This document shows, piece by piece, positions 37,066 to 50,443 of a stretch of 64,000 nt of DNA (its first letter is position 1; every line of letters starts with the position of its first letter). Source of the DNA: Chrysemys picta bellii (lineage: Eukaryota); contig NC_088791.1 of the NCBI RefSeq assembly GCF_011386835.1, forward strand, positions 163,060,001-163,124,000. Direction: 5' to 3'. Below the pieces are notes generated by a model, which saw only the letters and a list, made by a program, of their open reading frames with translations, made no database searches and was not told the DNA's origin. The translations under genes were made by a program, and so were the position numbers.

Positions 37066-38468
37066 AGGAAGGAGGACTTTCAAGGACACAACATTTAATA
37101 TGTGAATGTTGAGTTAATCACTCAAAAGAAAACAAAAAGAAAAATCCACTGTATGTTATTTCCCTTCACAGTGGGGGGGTGGGGGGTGGAGCTGGTACCT
37201 GTTGGTATAAAATGCTCTCTTGGATAGAACTGTGACTGGCTGTGTTTGAGGAAATGAAAAGCCATTAAAAAAGGATAATGGAATAAAACGTGCAGTGAGA
37301 TGTTCAGGGAACCCATCAATAAAAGGAGGGCAAGCAATTGCAAACGACAGTCCACTCTAAATGTAGCTCTATTGCCAGAGGACAGAAAATTGAGAGAGAA
37401 TTTGCAAACAATTGAATTTATGGTAATCGAATGTAACCATATCCCACCACCAGGACAAAGCACCTACTGAATAAACGTGGGCAGAAAAAAGTACACCAGT
37501 GCCCGTTGGAAACACATTTTTTCTTATTAACTCTTGGAATTAGGAATTGTCATTGTCTGATGCTAAGGTCTAATGCACTGCAAAATGCATTAGCACTCAG
37601 TGCCAGCGGCAACAGGCCTGCCTGCTGCTGCCATGAGGTTAAGGATGAGACCAAAGTTTATTCCAGAGGTGAACATCTGGGAGTATGCTCCAATGTGTAC
37701 TCAAGCACACTTTTTATGATAGTTGGGTTTGATGGTGCTTGCAAAATCATATCTAGATTTAGATACTGACTTTCCACAGTGGCTCAAGGGATAATTACCT
37801 GAGTGTAAGTTAATTAAAACACCAGGTGCCTCCTTTGTTCCTGTTAGGTAGAAGTACTTAAATAGATGTGAAATATGATACATTGTTGCAGTGTGTGGTC
37901 TAACTTCCTTTGTTTGTGTCAGGAGATGATTGCTCTTTTCTGAAGGGATGCTGCTGCTGTCTTGATCATTTACTATTTGATATCTCTCTTGTCTGCAAAG
38001 TTTTCTATTAAGGAAACCCAAATATGTGTTTTTGATTGTTTCAATATACAGCACTGAGCAAAAGTTTAGTCATAACCAGAATTAAATAACCAACTGGCTT
38101 GCACTATGTGTTTTTATTTCTTGAGAAGCTGCAAAAAAGGCCTTCTGAAATGTGTTAAAATAAATATTTGAGTGATTTTTTTTTTCTTGTTGTTGAGGAA
38201 ATAGTGTGTTTTCACTTCCAAGATCTCTGTGGTTAAAAAAAATAAAAACAGGTTCTAGTATTTTCCAGATAATTAACTGGAGAAACCTGATGATTTTGTT
38301 GAGAAATAAGATTCTAAAACTGGTGGAATGGAATTGCTCTCGGGTTTGATAAGGGGCAACAATTTAAAGGTAAGAAACACACTCTAAAAAGACAGGAAAG
38401 AGGATTCAAGGAACAAAAAAGGCTTCTACAGACTATCAGGTATAGAATATAGTACATCTTGAAAGATG

Positions 38469-38656
38469 CAGGGCTCGGCAACGTTCGGCACGCGGCTTGC
38501 CAGGGTAAGCGCCCTGGCGGGCCGGGCCAGTTTTATTTACCTGCTGACGCAGCAGGTTCGGCCGATTGTGGCCCCCACTGGCCGCGGTTCGCCGTCCCGG
38601 GCCAATAGGGGCGGCGGGAAGCGGCGCGGGCGAGCGATGTGCTGGCCGCGGCTTCT
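38469..38656. mobile_element. young CpG-rich hAT element, truncated
   Basis: Begins CAGGGCTCGGCAAC (hAT TIR type); very GC/CpG-rich against an AT-rich background; right TIR and second TSD absent. Confidence 0.75.
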
Positions 38657-38922
38657 CTGAGAGTCTGAATTCTCACTGAAATACTAAACTGGGCACATTC
38701 TACGCTAAGAAAGTTGCAGTGACCTTGTATGGATCACAACTGAAGGCTTCAATCAGGAAATAATTCTGAATGATCTACAAAATTCTGAAGGTATTAACCT
38801 GGCAGAGGTCTGTGGGCAACCAGTGGGAAGAAAATACTTCATCTACACTGTTCGAAAGGGAAAGGAATTAAAACTGAAGACTGACAGACAGGCAAAAACT
38901 AGAAATTACTAAAGAAGTACAT

Positions 38923-39105
38923 TGAAAAGTTTCAGAGTAGCAGCCGTGTTAGTCTGTATCCGCAAAAAGAACAGGAGGACTTGTGGCACCTTAGAGACTA
39001 ACAAATTTATTAGAGCATCCGAAGAAGTGGGCTGTAGTCCACGAAAGCTTGCTCTAATAAATTTGTTAGTCTCTAAGGTGCCACACGTCCTCCTGTTCTT
39101 CTTTT
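38923..39105 (-). mobile_element. Penelope-derived fold-back mini-element with a hammerhead motif in the loop
   Basis: 50-bp arms 38967-39016 / 39051-39100 with 1 mismatch; tail on the left; perfect 13-bp TSD TAAAGAAGTACAT (38910-38922 / 39106-39118). Confidence 0.92.
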
Positions 39106-40502
39106 TAAAGAAGTACATGTTCCCCTTCTGACTAACCTCATAGTAAGAAGAAATGAGTCTCAAGACTCTGTTCAGAATCTAGCTAAAAATAAAGGCGAGC
39201 AGTGCCAGAAACTTCTACTAATGCAGCAAAACCAGAAGTCAGAAAATTGCAGGTCCAGCTGTGACTGTGTGCCTATGCTAAGCAAGAGGGTGCTGTGCAT
39301 AGCCTGGGCCAGAGTAAGGCATACTCGACTGTGGTTGAGACTTTAGGAAAAGATTTGTTGTAAGATTAAAATATAAGCTATTTTAATTTTTCCCCATTAG
39401 ATAAAAAAGCACTCTTGCTTTCTATATGAAAACAAGTATTCTTGTGTCCAAGATAGTAGCAATAGCCCTCTGAATAGCCTTTAATGCTGCTGACCAGTGC
39501 CAATGTGAGTGACATGCTTGTGGGATCCAGAAGTCATGTTCAGGTTCTTTAATCGGTTGGCTCTGTTGACTCCTCTCTGAGGATGTGCTTCCTGATCACG
39601 AGAGGTCCATTTTTGTCACCTCTAGCTGAACGTGGGAAAGAGGTCATTGGGGAAGATGATGAGGTGCTTAGGCCAGCAGTGCTGTCAGATGTAGATGTGT
39701 GTAGATGACTTCACTTTACTTCCACGTTTCGTCACTTCCAGAAGAATGCCCTTTCCTTGCTGTCCAAGTGCCTAGCCAACAAAAGGATGGGAATGAGCTG
39801 GTTGAGTGTCATTGCAGTGAGGCGGAACCTAAAATTTGATATTCCTGCATGTACCCCAGAACTTGACAGTACCACAGTCAGCCATTTTGTATGTTCAACC
39901 ACTGCTAGCTAGAAGTCATTTTTAGGACCCTGAGAGGCGAGGCCGTGCAACTGAAGTTTGCAGTTTTGCTATCAGAATGGGAGTTTGGGACAGGGAGTTA
40001 CTGTTCAATGGAAATGAATGTACTGTGAAAATAAAAGAAATGTTTGGACAAGCAACCTTGATTTTAGGTGCCTCTGACATGTAGTTTTATTGTTATGATT
40101 AGATATGCTTTGCTGATAAAGAGAATAATGAATTGTTCTTGGCTGTTGCTAGGGAAATTGTTAGCCTATTGGGGCTATTATGAGTTATGTGCTTCATTTG
40201 GAGAAAATTTATAAAATGTTTAGTTAGAAAGTGTGCTTTTCTTTGAGCAAGGGTTTGACACCTAAGTTCCCAGCAGTCAGACAGAGAAAACCCACCCATC
40301 CAGTTTTTATGAAATATTCCTCAGGCTGCAATAATATAAGGAAAAGCTGAGGACAGAGTATTGACTCAATACTCAACCTGGCTGGGTTACTTGAAGTACT
40401 GGTATCTGGGAGTAAGCCTAAGTCCTCACCCACAGGCTTTCAAAAAAAGTGTGGATCAGGTGAGAGAAATGCCCTAAGAAATCAGCTGAAAATGATATCG
40501 AA

Positions 40503-40791
40503 TGGTACATCTACACTTCGAGTTGGGGGCATGATTCCCAACTAGAGGAGACGTACCTGTGCTAGCTCTGATTGAACTAGAGTGATAAAAACAGAGTGTA
40601 GCTGTGGCAGCAGGAGGGGCTAGCCATTCCGAGTACACGCCTAGTATCTCAGGTGAGTACATATTTAGGCAGTTTGCCTCTTGCACCACTGCAGCTATGG
40701 TCTATATTTAACATATTAGCTTGATCAGAGCTCGTGTTATGTCTCCTTGGGATAGTAACCACGCCCCCCAGCTCAAAGTGTAGATATGCCC
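40503..40791. mobile_element. PIF/Harbinger-type MITE
   Basis: TIRs TGGTACATCTACACT / AGTGTAGATATGCCC, followed by TAA; internal similarity to 58213-58653. Confidence 0.75.
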
Positions 40792-41599
40792 TAAGCTGTC
40801 TTTCTTTAGCCACAGGTCCCACAGAGAACTGAGCCAGAGCCTTAAGACTTAGTGTCCACAAAAAAGAACCAATAGCAGCCAACTGCTATCATTGTTAATC
40901 TTTGCTTTGGGCAAGATGTGACTTGTAAGCCCCAAGGGCTGTGCCTCTGGGTTAAAGATAAGGGCACCTGTATGCTACACTGGGCTGTGGGCTCAAGCTT
41001 GTGTCCCCTCCCCTCTAAACATTAATTATGTAATTAATGTTGCTGCTGCTTAACTCCTTGTTCTGCAGAGGGAGTGCTTTGATCTTGAAAGCTTTCCATT
41101 TAATACTTGTTTCTCAAGACTAACAATTCATAAATTTTTGAGAAGTTCATAAATGAAAGAGGCAGAACCTTAAGAGCTAAAACAGTGCTACTGAAAGAAA
41201 CCAGAGTCTCAAACTAGGAGGTGGTGTAGTGTTGGCCGCGTTCAAGTGCTCTTGAGAGACTTGACTTTAATTGTGGAGGGAGTGTTAGGTAATGTGATTG
41301 TCTCTTGAAAAATGTTTAACCTTATGCTTGTCTTACCTGTTACATTTCACTGAAATACTGATTACAAACAACATTTCAGAAGTGTTGTCTTTATAACACT
41401 GACTTTGGTGGATTGTCAACCAGATACATAATGGCATGAGTGTGATTCGTCTATGAGGTGTCTAAAATTCTCATTTAATTTGTCTACTGAAGATCCATCA
41501 TATGGTGAATTCACTAGGTCTAAAAATTCAGGGCTGAGCTCTGACCTTGCAAAGAGGTCATGGAGACATCTTGTATTCATGTGGGGAGAAGTAATGGTA

Positions 41600-42350
41600 A
41601 TGAGGGATGTCTACCTTAAAATTTTTTCACTGTTTCCTTCCCTGATAGTTAGCTTGTTGTGTATTCAAGAGATTCATATCATGGCACTAAATTATCACAG
41701 AAGCAGCTGTTCACATGCTGACATAAGTTGTAAGAAGAGGTTTGATGGGGACAGTGGGGGAATTGGTTGTACCCCGGGCATTTGGATTGTGAATTGCATT
41801 TTATTTTTACTACCCAGAGTTCAGGGACTTGGGATAAAGGTTTTCAGTTTTGGCCAGTGTAAATTGTCAGCAAATTAGGATGTGTTTTGGTTTTGCAAAA
41901 CCCTGTTTGCCAGGTATTACTTGTTTGAGAACAAGGCTGGGGTGGTTTGGATCTTGGTTACACTTTTTTTAAATCACCAAAATGCAGGGTGATTTGGATA
42001 AAATGTTGTGGTTTTGTGACCTGTGTAATAGCAATTGTTTCAACTCTTCCTGTTGATCCAACAACTCTTTTTTGGGGGGTCTTCTAGAGGCTAATATATG
42101 GAGGAAGTGATCAACAATACAAACATGATGTGGGACTTATGCATAGGCAACATATGCAACTGCATAGGGTTTCATGTTCGAGGGATCACTGAGTAGACAG
42201 GAAAGCCAAATTGATGTTGAACCTGGATTGGTTCATGGTCAGAAGAGCTCTTTGCTATTTAGATCAACTGCTTTCAGCTGTGTTCCTTCTTTTTAAATCT
42301 TGAAGCCAATGCAAAGGATTCTAGGGATTATAAGGAAGGATTATACTCAA
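41600..42350 (+). mobile_element. possible ancient L1/Tx1-type endonuclease remnant
   Basis: KIFSLFPSLIVSLLCIQEIH resembles the APE motif DIIFLQETH; downstream NLDWFMV resembles RIDYFLV; very decayed. Confidence 0.3.
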
Positions 42351-45228
42351 AATTTTATAGAGAGCAAGTTGGAACTGATAGTTACAAACAGTTGAAATAG
42401 AGATCTGTTTTGAACTGCCACAGGTCGGTTTGGGAGACCCGGGTTGCTTAGGTGGGAGGCAAAAAAAGTTAAGACAGTACTTGAATAAAGTTGGAGTGGG
42501 GGATTACAAATAAGTTTTCACTAGTTGCATACTGAACCAAATTGAGAAAAAGGTGACTCCCCTTTTCCCCCTCCTCCCCCCAGCAAATTAAGCCAATAAT
42601 ACCAGTATTTACAATTGTGGACCTGCTTTTGTATTGTGGGTACAGATCTGAATACCTGAGCCTGCAAGTATCATATTGGGGGTATAAATCAGGTAATGTG
42701 TGTGTGTGTGGGGGGGGAATAGGGGGTGCAACAGCATTCTGTTTGGTGCCTGCAATTCATTTTGAGGGTAAAAAATGAGATGCAGATTTTGCAAGTGCCG
42801 TTTGTTCCCTTAAAAGGGAACCAGACTTCAGAGTCTCATGATAACTAGGACATGGCAAATTAAAAAATTTTCAATTGTGTGTTTCCACTAGCTAGCACGG
42901 ATAACTGCAACTAATATTTATCCAGATGGATGAGTGTAGGCATCAGTTTTAGCCTTAAGCTGTCATCAGTCACGTATGTCATTGTGCAAGTCTCCCTGAC
43001 ATGCCATTCTCTTTTGCTGCAGCATCACGATTACTTTGGCTGATTTTTTGCTCTTCGCCTTGCCCATTGTGTTTATTACAGCCATTCATCAGGCTATGTC
43101 AGGGGTATATTTCATCGAAATACAAGAGAGGAATCCAGTCCATCAGTTATCTTTTGTCAAGAGACTATTTTGAAACTTTCTTTGTAAGGTCAGTAATATT
43201 TCGTGTCTAATGTGATTGAGTATAGTCAATGTACGACCTTACCAAAACGGAAAATAAAAGGCTAGTCTGGCGACATTTGACTTGTAGGGTATGATAGTGC
43301 AAGGTACTGACTGCCATTATTGCCACTCTTCATTTGGTCATATTTACCTTCTATTTACTGGGGGAAGTAAGTTCTGTCATAAAAGGTTGCCATTCATTGA
43401 GCAGAATCCATCTAACTCTGTATCGTGGACTATGATAACATTATAAAACTCATTCCACTCTCTCTGGGTCAGAGTTCAGCTTGTTTGCTCTGAAATCCTG
43501 TAGGGGAATTCCATCTTTGTTCAGTGTCAATTGCCTCTTCCTTTGTCTTCTATTTTCAAATAGAGAGGGTGATGCATAAGACATACGAAGACACTGCCTC
43601 AAAGACATGCAGCACAGGAAATTGGCCTTGTGTTTTGGGCCTCAGATCCAAAAGTGTGATTTGTACATTTCATTCCCAATATTCTGGTCAGCAGATATTT
43701 CTGTTGACTAAGCGTAAGTAGATTTCACAGAATGTAGAAATTATTACAGTATTTGAAGAAAACATTAAAAAAGATTAAAGACTGCAAATAATGTAGTGGA
43801 AATTTATTTCCAGGGACTTGGTGAAGATGATAATCACATTGAAGAAATTCTCTATCAGGCTGCTAAGAACACCTTTGATTAATGGAAAAATGTAAGGGCT
43901 TATATTTCAGTGCCTGATTTCCATATGCAAAGTTGCATATGTATACACATGCATTTGCAATTTGAAGTGGCAGAAAACTATGCAGGGATCTAAAAAGATG
44001 ACAGAATCTACCTATTCATACATGTTAAAATTTGCACCCACAAGACCCACTTCTCCTGACTGTTGGCCCTGAGGACTCGGGGGGGATGTGACTGTTGGGG
44101 TCCGTCATGCTGCCTTGCCTGATAGACCTATGTGACCGTGTGGCTTCAGAGGATGATGCCAGAGATGTGTTGAGCATGTTCATCAGCTCCCCCAACTCTA
44201 AAGCGGGGAGTGGGCTCTTCTGACAGGCAAAGGAGCCTTAAAGGAGCCATAGAGCATGAAAAGAAGCATTCATGACTGACATCTCTGAAATGCAGGTTAG
44301 GGAGGACTGACTGGGATATGTGGCAGGAGACTGATATAAGACAGTTTTCTAAACTAACCTATTGGAGGGTGGGGGGAGTTGTCCTTCCTATGGAACAGCT
44401 GGCCCCCCGAAGCCATTGCTCTCATGATGTCCACAAAAACCAGAGCAATTGATGTGAAGGTCCAGTGTCTCCTCGTAACTCTCAGCCCCTCTTTTGTGTG
44501 ACAGCAGGAAGAAGAACCCCAAGAAGCTTGTTCCCCTGTAGCCAGCTGATGGCTGCCCTCAGGCATCCCCCTCGGGTGAGTTTTGCTTTGAGAGGAGCCA
44601 CCAAAGTAAGATAATACTGGCAGTATTTGTATGCTGCATAATTCATGCAAAGGCAACTATGCTGTGGAGAGCAGCCCTGGCCCCCTCCTGCACCTGTGGG
44701 CTGTAAAATGAGACCCTAACACTGCCACTTGCATTCCTTTTGCCACCCTCACACCCTACCCAGCTTTCCCTCTACACATGGAAATGCAGGGGACAGTCTG
44801 ACCTTTTCTCTGTCACAGAAGCTATAGGTCCTCAGCCTATCCCTTTGCTTACTGCCTTGTTAATTGACTTAATGAGAATCTAACTGTCTCTAGCAGATCC
44901 TGAGTAAGTTAATTGCAGGAATTGTGTTTATAATCTGCCTTGAGAGTCCTGGTCTTCTGTTCCAGCACCACCAAGGAAGGATTGATTGGTTTGGTCTCTT
45001 GAAAGGAAATAGCTACATCCTCTCCCACCACAAGACAGAACTTGACTGCTTTCCCAAGGCACAGCAGGTCACATGGGACTGGCATTTGTATCCAGAGAAA
45101 ACTCCTTTCTTGTGTTTGAATGTGTGATCCTAAATCCTGCTTGCTAAAATTCTAGCAAATAAATCGCCGGACTTTAGGCCTTGTCCACACTCCATTGGAA
45201 ATCACTAGTGACCGCCATGTTTTAGTGA

Positions 45229-46437
45229 CAGCCTGGATCAGTCCACACAAGAGATCCACTTCCCGGACACTAAAGTGCAAATAAGCGATGGTCACATAAA
45301 TACCATCCTATACCGGAAACCTACTGACCACTATACTTACCTACATTCCTCCAGACCACATCACATGATCCATTGTCTACAGCCAAGCCTTAAGATACAA
45401 CCGCATTTGCTTCAATCCCTCAGACAGAAACAAACACGGGATCTCTATCAAGCATTCTTAAAACTACAATACCCACCTGGTGAAGTGAAGAAACAGATTG
45501 ACAGATCCAGAAGGGTACCCAGAAGTCACCTACTATAGGACAGGCCCAACAAAGAAAGTAACAAACGACACTAGCCATCACCTATAGCCCCCAACTAAAA
45601 CCTCTTCAGTGCATCATCAAGGATCTACAACCTATCCTGAAGGACGATCCCTCACTCTCACAGACCCTAGGAGATAGGCCAGTCCTCACTTCAGACTGCT
45701 CCCCAACCTGAAGCAAATACTCACTAGCAACTACACACCACACAACAGAAACACTAACCCAGGAACTAATCCCTGCAACAAACCCCATTGCCAACTCTGT
45801 CTGCATATCTATTCAAGGGATCCCATCATAGGGCTTAACCACATCAGCCACACCATCAGGGGCTCGTTCACCTGCAATTTCACCAATATGATATATGCCA
45901 TCATGTGCCAGCAATTCCCCTCTGCCATGTACATTGGCCAAATCAGACAGTCTCTATGCAAAAGAATAAATGGACACAAATCAGACATCAAGAATTGTAA
46001 CATTCAAAAATCGGTAGGAGAGCAGTTCAATCTCCTTGGACACTCAATAACAGACTTAAAAGTTGCCATTCTTCAACAAAAAACCTTCAAAAACAGACTT
46101 CAATGAGAAACTGCAGAACTGGAATTAATTTGCAAACTTGACACCATCAAATTAGGCCTGAATAAAGACTGGGAATGGCTGGGTCACTACAAAAAATAAT
46201 TTCCCCTCAGTTGTCAACTGTTGGGAATGGGCCACATCCACCCTAATTGAATTGGCCTCATTAGCACTGACCCCCACTTGGTAAGGCAACTCCCATCTTT
46301 TCATGTGCTGTATTTTTATACCTGCTTACTGTATTTTCCACTCCATGCATCTGATGAAGTGGGTTGTAGCCCACGAAAGCTTATGCCCAAATAAATGTGT
46401 TAGTCTCTAAGGTGCCACAAGGATTCCTCAATGTTTT
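45229..46437 (+). mobile_element. second 5'-truncated Penelope-like element
   Basis: Collinear with the 20648-22057 copy; GIY-YIG MIYAIMCQQFPSAMYIGQIRQSLCKRINGHKSDI; pLTR end GGTGCCACAAGGATTCCTC. Confidence 0.95.
46347..46386 (+). ncRNA. minimal type I hammerhead ribozyme motif with canonical CUGAUGA core
   Basis: GCAT-CTGATGA-A-GTGGGT/TGTA/GCCCAC-GAA-AGCT-T-ATGC. Confidence 0.75.
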
Positions 46438-46439
46438 AA

Positions 46440-47316
46440 TGTGACGAGCATGGCATTAACAAGATTCTCTTCACCCAGGGTAGACAAGAACACTTTTCTG
46501 AGAACCATGTTAAGAGAGATCTCTAAGGTCTTGTCTAGATTAGGATTTAAAGGTGTTAAGGTAGCATGTGTTTGTTACCCGAAATTGGGCCAGCTAGTAA
46601 GCTTAGGGAGGACTAATAACCCACCAGAGTTTGGCAGAAAGCAGCACATTTATTATATTGATAGCTAAGCTCAAAAGAAGGGGGGGGGAGGTTTTACACT
46701 CACACTCGTATACTTACGTTCCCAGGACAGACACGGCACTGGAGATGTCAGGATCCTTGAAAGTAAGTGTCCCACAGCACAGCGATGGATAGTGTGATGA
46801 AGGTAAGTCTTCCCAAGGCACGATGGAATGCAACACAGCGAACCACTGGCCAGGTGGTCCGGGCGAAGGGCCTTCACAGGAGGTATAAGCTTGTGAGTGC
46901 ACTGCTGAGCACATGGCCCCTTCCCCTTTTAAGGACTTTCTCCTCATGGCCTGTGACTAGAGATGACTTGGCCACGTCTGGTTGGTCACACTCCACCTCG
47001 GGCAGTGTCCATGCATTGGGTGTGTGAGTGCTGCCTAATCAGAGTGTCATGGCCTGTGACTAGAGATGACTTGGCTGCGTTTGGTTGGGCACACTCCACC
47101 TCAGCCAGTGTCCATGCAGTGTCCATGCATTGGGTGTGTGAGCGCTGCCTAATTAGAGTCCCAGACACCTTGTCTATCTGGGAGCTCTTCTGATCTTCCA
47201 GCTGTTCAACCAGCCCATTCATCCCACAAACATTCCAGGAGGGAGGGGTGGGGGAAAGCCACTTCACAGGTATTCAAAGAGGGAGAGGAGACAAGGGGGT
47301 GCGGGCAAGTGTAACA
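46440..47316 (-). mobile_element. probable solo LTR, about 877 bp
   Basis: TGTGAC...TGTAACA ends; minus-strand AATAAA near 46650; no TSD found. Confidence 0.55.
46944..47160. repeat. diverged tandem duplication (103 + 114 bp) inside the LTR
   Basis: Units start TCATGGCCTGTGACTAGAGATGACTTGG at 46944 and 47047; unit 2 has an extra AGTGTCCATGC. Confidence 0.95.
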
Positions 47317-49657
47317 GACCTTTTGAGCATATAGGTTATACATAGCTACAGATCACTGCTGCTCCTACAACAGTGTGAATCTGCACGGACTATTGGCCAT
47401 TTTAGTGTGTCCAAGACTTGGAAAGGGAGTTCCTCACTTGAGTAGCCCCACTGCTTCCACTCATATATAAGTGGAAAACAATATGGTAATGGTAAAGTCT
47501 TATGAGAGGTGAATTTCCTCAAACTTTCTGGGATAGCTAACTGCTCACCCAAAAAGAAGAAGTCCAGAAGGTTTATCTTTATATTCAGGTTATAGTTTAC
47601 AAATCATATTAGTCAGCCAACTCTATTACTTATTGTCCACAATCTGCTTTGGGATTTCAGTTTCCTTTTCCTCACAAAGCCCTTATTACTTTCTGCAGCT
47701 GGCATATTATGGAGACATGATTCACAGCCATATAGTTAAGGTTAAATTTTGCTTTTTAAGCAGGGATTCAACTTTTGCTCCATATGAAGAATGCAACATA
47801 ATCTCCCTAAATTACAGAAACAAGTGCAATCAATGAAGGTTGGTACTGGTGGTCCCAGATTAGATTTAATTGATTTTTTTTCATAAAGACATGTTACTTG
47901 TATTGCCTTTTGGTGTCACTGCTCAGGAGATAAATAGAGTATGAAGATGTTAGGTAGGTTTTTTTGTATACAATGGTGTGTGTGTGAAACTGGATACATC
48001 CCCTGCCCTCTCTGCATGTTTGCTCTGGCTGGGATATTCACAGGAGCCTAGTGGAGTTGGGTGCACAACTCCTTTAGACTGTCTCTGTTGACTTCTGCTC
48101 TACGCTTCTGGATTCCTACTGCTCTCCTATGGTTATTTAAGGGACAGTGCCTTATTTTGGCATGTCAAATCTTTTTTTGTTAATTACATCATCAGACTCA
48201 AAGATGTTATTACCCGAGTCTAAAACACAATTTGCTATCCTATAACACAAACAATTTTTTAAAAATGGAATTGCAAATGTTGCCTTTGTAATGAACAGCC
48301 TAAAAATAAAATGGGCAAGTTTGAGTCTCAGTTTCTTATCAGACCAGATGATACAGAACAGCTGTAGAAGATAGTCTCAGGTTTTTGGTTCAAATGTGTT
48401 AATTCAACACTGAGGTCAAAGGAGAATTTTGTTGCCACATGTAGAAGGAAATCAGTTGCTGGTGTGCATTGGGCTTAGTTTTCTTTAACAGCACTCCCTG
48501 TCTACAGTGAGCAGAGAAGAAAAGAAATACAACACTTGCTGCACCCAATTTTTTAAATATAGACACTGTAGTGTAGCTAGATGATGCTCTTTTGTTTATC
48601 ATCACTGATGAAAATACTCGTCTATCATATCTGTTTCTCATGCAGGTTTTGCTTGATATTTCTGTTGTTCAAGCCACTAAACATGAGCATACTTTGGATT
48701 CACAGTCTATTTTGGAGTCCAACTAAACTGTACCACTGCTGAGTTGTCTAGTGCCACAATTCCATTGTTACCTTATGCTGCTGATAGCAGTATGAAAGCA
48801 ATTCAGGAAGCCTGCTAGAAAAGTCCAATATCTGAGTGATATGAGATTATAGCCCAAATCTAATAAGGATAGATGAGTTTTATTTCCTGTTTAGCCACAA
48901 GCTTTGCTGGTAGAACAAGATATTAAATCAGACTTCTAATATTATACCTGTGTTCTGAGCAGCTGGTCAGTTCCACTGATCTTCATCCCAAATACTTTCC
49001 TAGCATTGTAAATGACCACAATCAACTCTTTTCAAACTAAACATCACAGGCCAAATGCACCTCTAGTGTATTCATTAATGTCAGTGAAGCTAGCTCGAAA
49101 AGATTCTATTCTACTCCTCCTACAGACCAATCTGTTGGGCTTTTAAACTAGTCCCTTGTAAATCCATAGTGTGTTTTTCCCTAATAAGCTCTTTATCATG
49201 TTGTAACATCTGTTATAGAAATTCACTGTGTGTAATTGCCCAATTTTAAAAGAAAAATATTACTTGTAATTGTTGCAGCTGTCTCTCCTTGCCTGATGTA
49301 TTCCACTTCCCCTGTTGTGTGTGTCCCTTTGAAAATCTGATTCACAGCAAATCAACTTATTTCAGTTCAACAATAAGATTTCCCCCCCCCCCCCCGCGCT
49401 TGTGATTAAAATGTGGGATTATATTTAAATAAGTCATTTTGTTCTGTGCTCGCTCATAGTGCAGTTTACTGCATTTAAGGAGGGTCTTGCAAGATGCTCC
49501 TTTTTAAAATCCAGTTATCATAAGAGATAAGTTAATTTACTGTGATTTTTTTTTTCAAGGGGCAGAAAGTGGCTTCAACATATGGGAATAAGATTTATGC
49601 AGAATCTCCTCTGCATAAACGATGATAAATTTTGGAATTGGGAATTTGAAACCATAT

Positions 49658-49752
49658 TGAATCTGCCACTGAGTTGCTATGTTGCATTAGACAATCCCGT
49701 AAGCCTACTGTGCTTCAACGTATTCATTTGTAAAATGGAGAGGATGATGAAA
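49658..49752 (+). mobile_element. MIR core fragment
   Basis: TCTGCCACTGAGTTGCTATG...CATTTGTAAAATGGAG. Confidence 0.55.
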
Positions 49753-50443
49753 TGGAACTTCTCAAATCGAAAATCTCAAAATACGTTACTAATATTGTGA
49801 TGTTGCAAAGGTTAACCAATTGTAAGAAAGGGGAAATCAGAACAGGGAAGCTGTGGCATGCAATCACTTACCCAAGGTATATCAGTAGGTCGATAACAAG
49901 ATGTTGGCAGTGATTCGATCATAAAGAAGTCAATGGCAGAGATGGAAATAGAATCTAGGATGAGAGATCGAACCAGGGGGAAAAAGTGGTACTGTCCCAA
50001 GTTCTGCTCCCAAATAAAGCTCCACACCTTTGAGATGGCTGAACCAGATGCCACTCACTGTAGAGAGATGCATGATGTGATCATCCTTCTTTATGGGCTT
50101 TGATGAACAGTGAAATAGTGATTATTTAAAATGTCAACATTGGTCTTGAGTTCCCTACTGAAATGAACAGAAGGAGTCCACACCCCTCTTAGCACTCTTG
50201 TTTCAAGACATTTGCAGACTCGGCCAGAAATAACTGCTTTTAATGACCATCTGAAGATTTTTCTTCAAAATCATAAATGCTAGCAACTTAATCTTTTCAC
50301 ATGGAACGTGGTGGGAAATACAGGGTATTACCCTCTTAAAAAAGTCGGTAGTTTAACATGACTATGTTTACTGATATTATAAGTGGTTAATCCTTTTCTA
50401 ACAAATGGCTTTTTATAGTGCTCTGTATCACAATGATATGTGG

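Noticed and set aside
38469-38656. CpG island or promoter
   Set aside because: Starts with a hAT TIR and is a young transposon fragment; under 200 bp.
43020-43215. GPCR pseudogene (LADFLL like TM2; F*NFLCKV like the start of TM3)
   Set aside because: The Asp-to-Cys spacing is 47 residues versus about 27-30 in class A GPCRs, and no DRY motif or later helices follow. Kept only as an unexplained segment.
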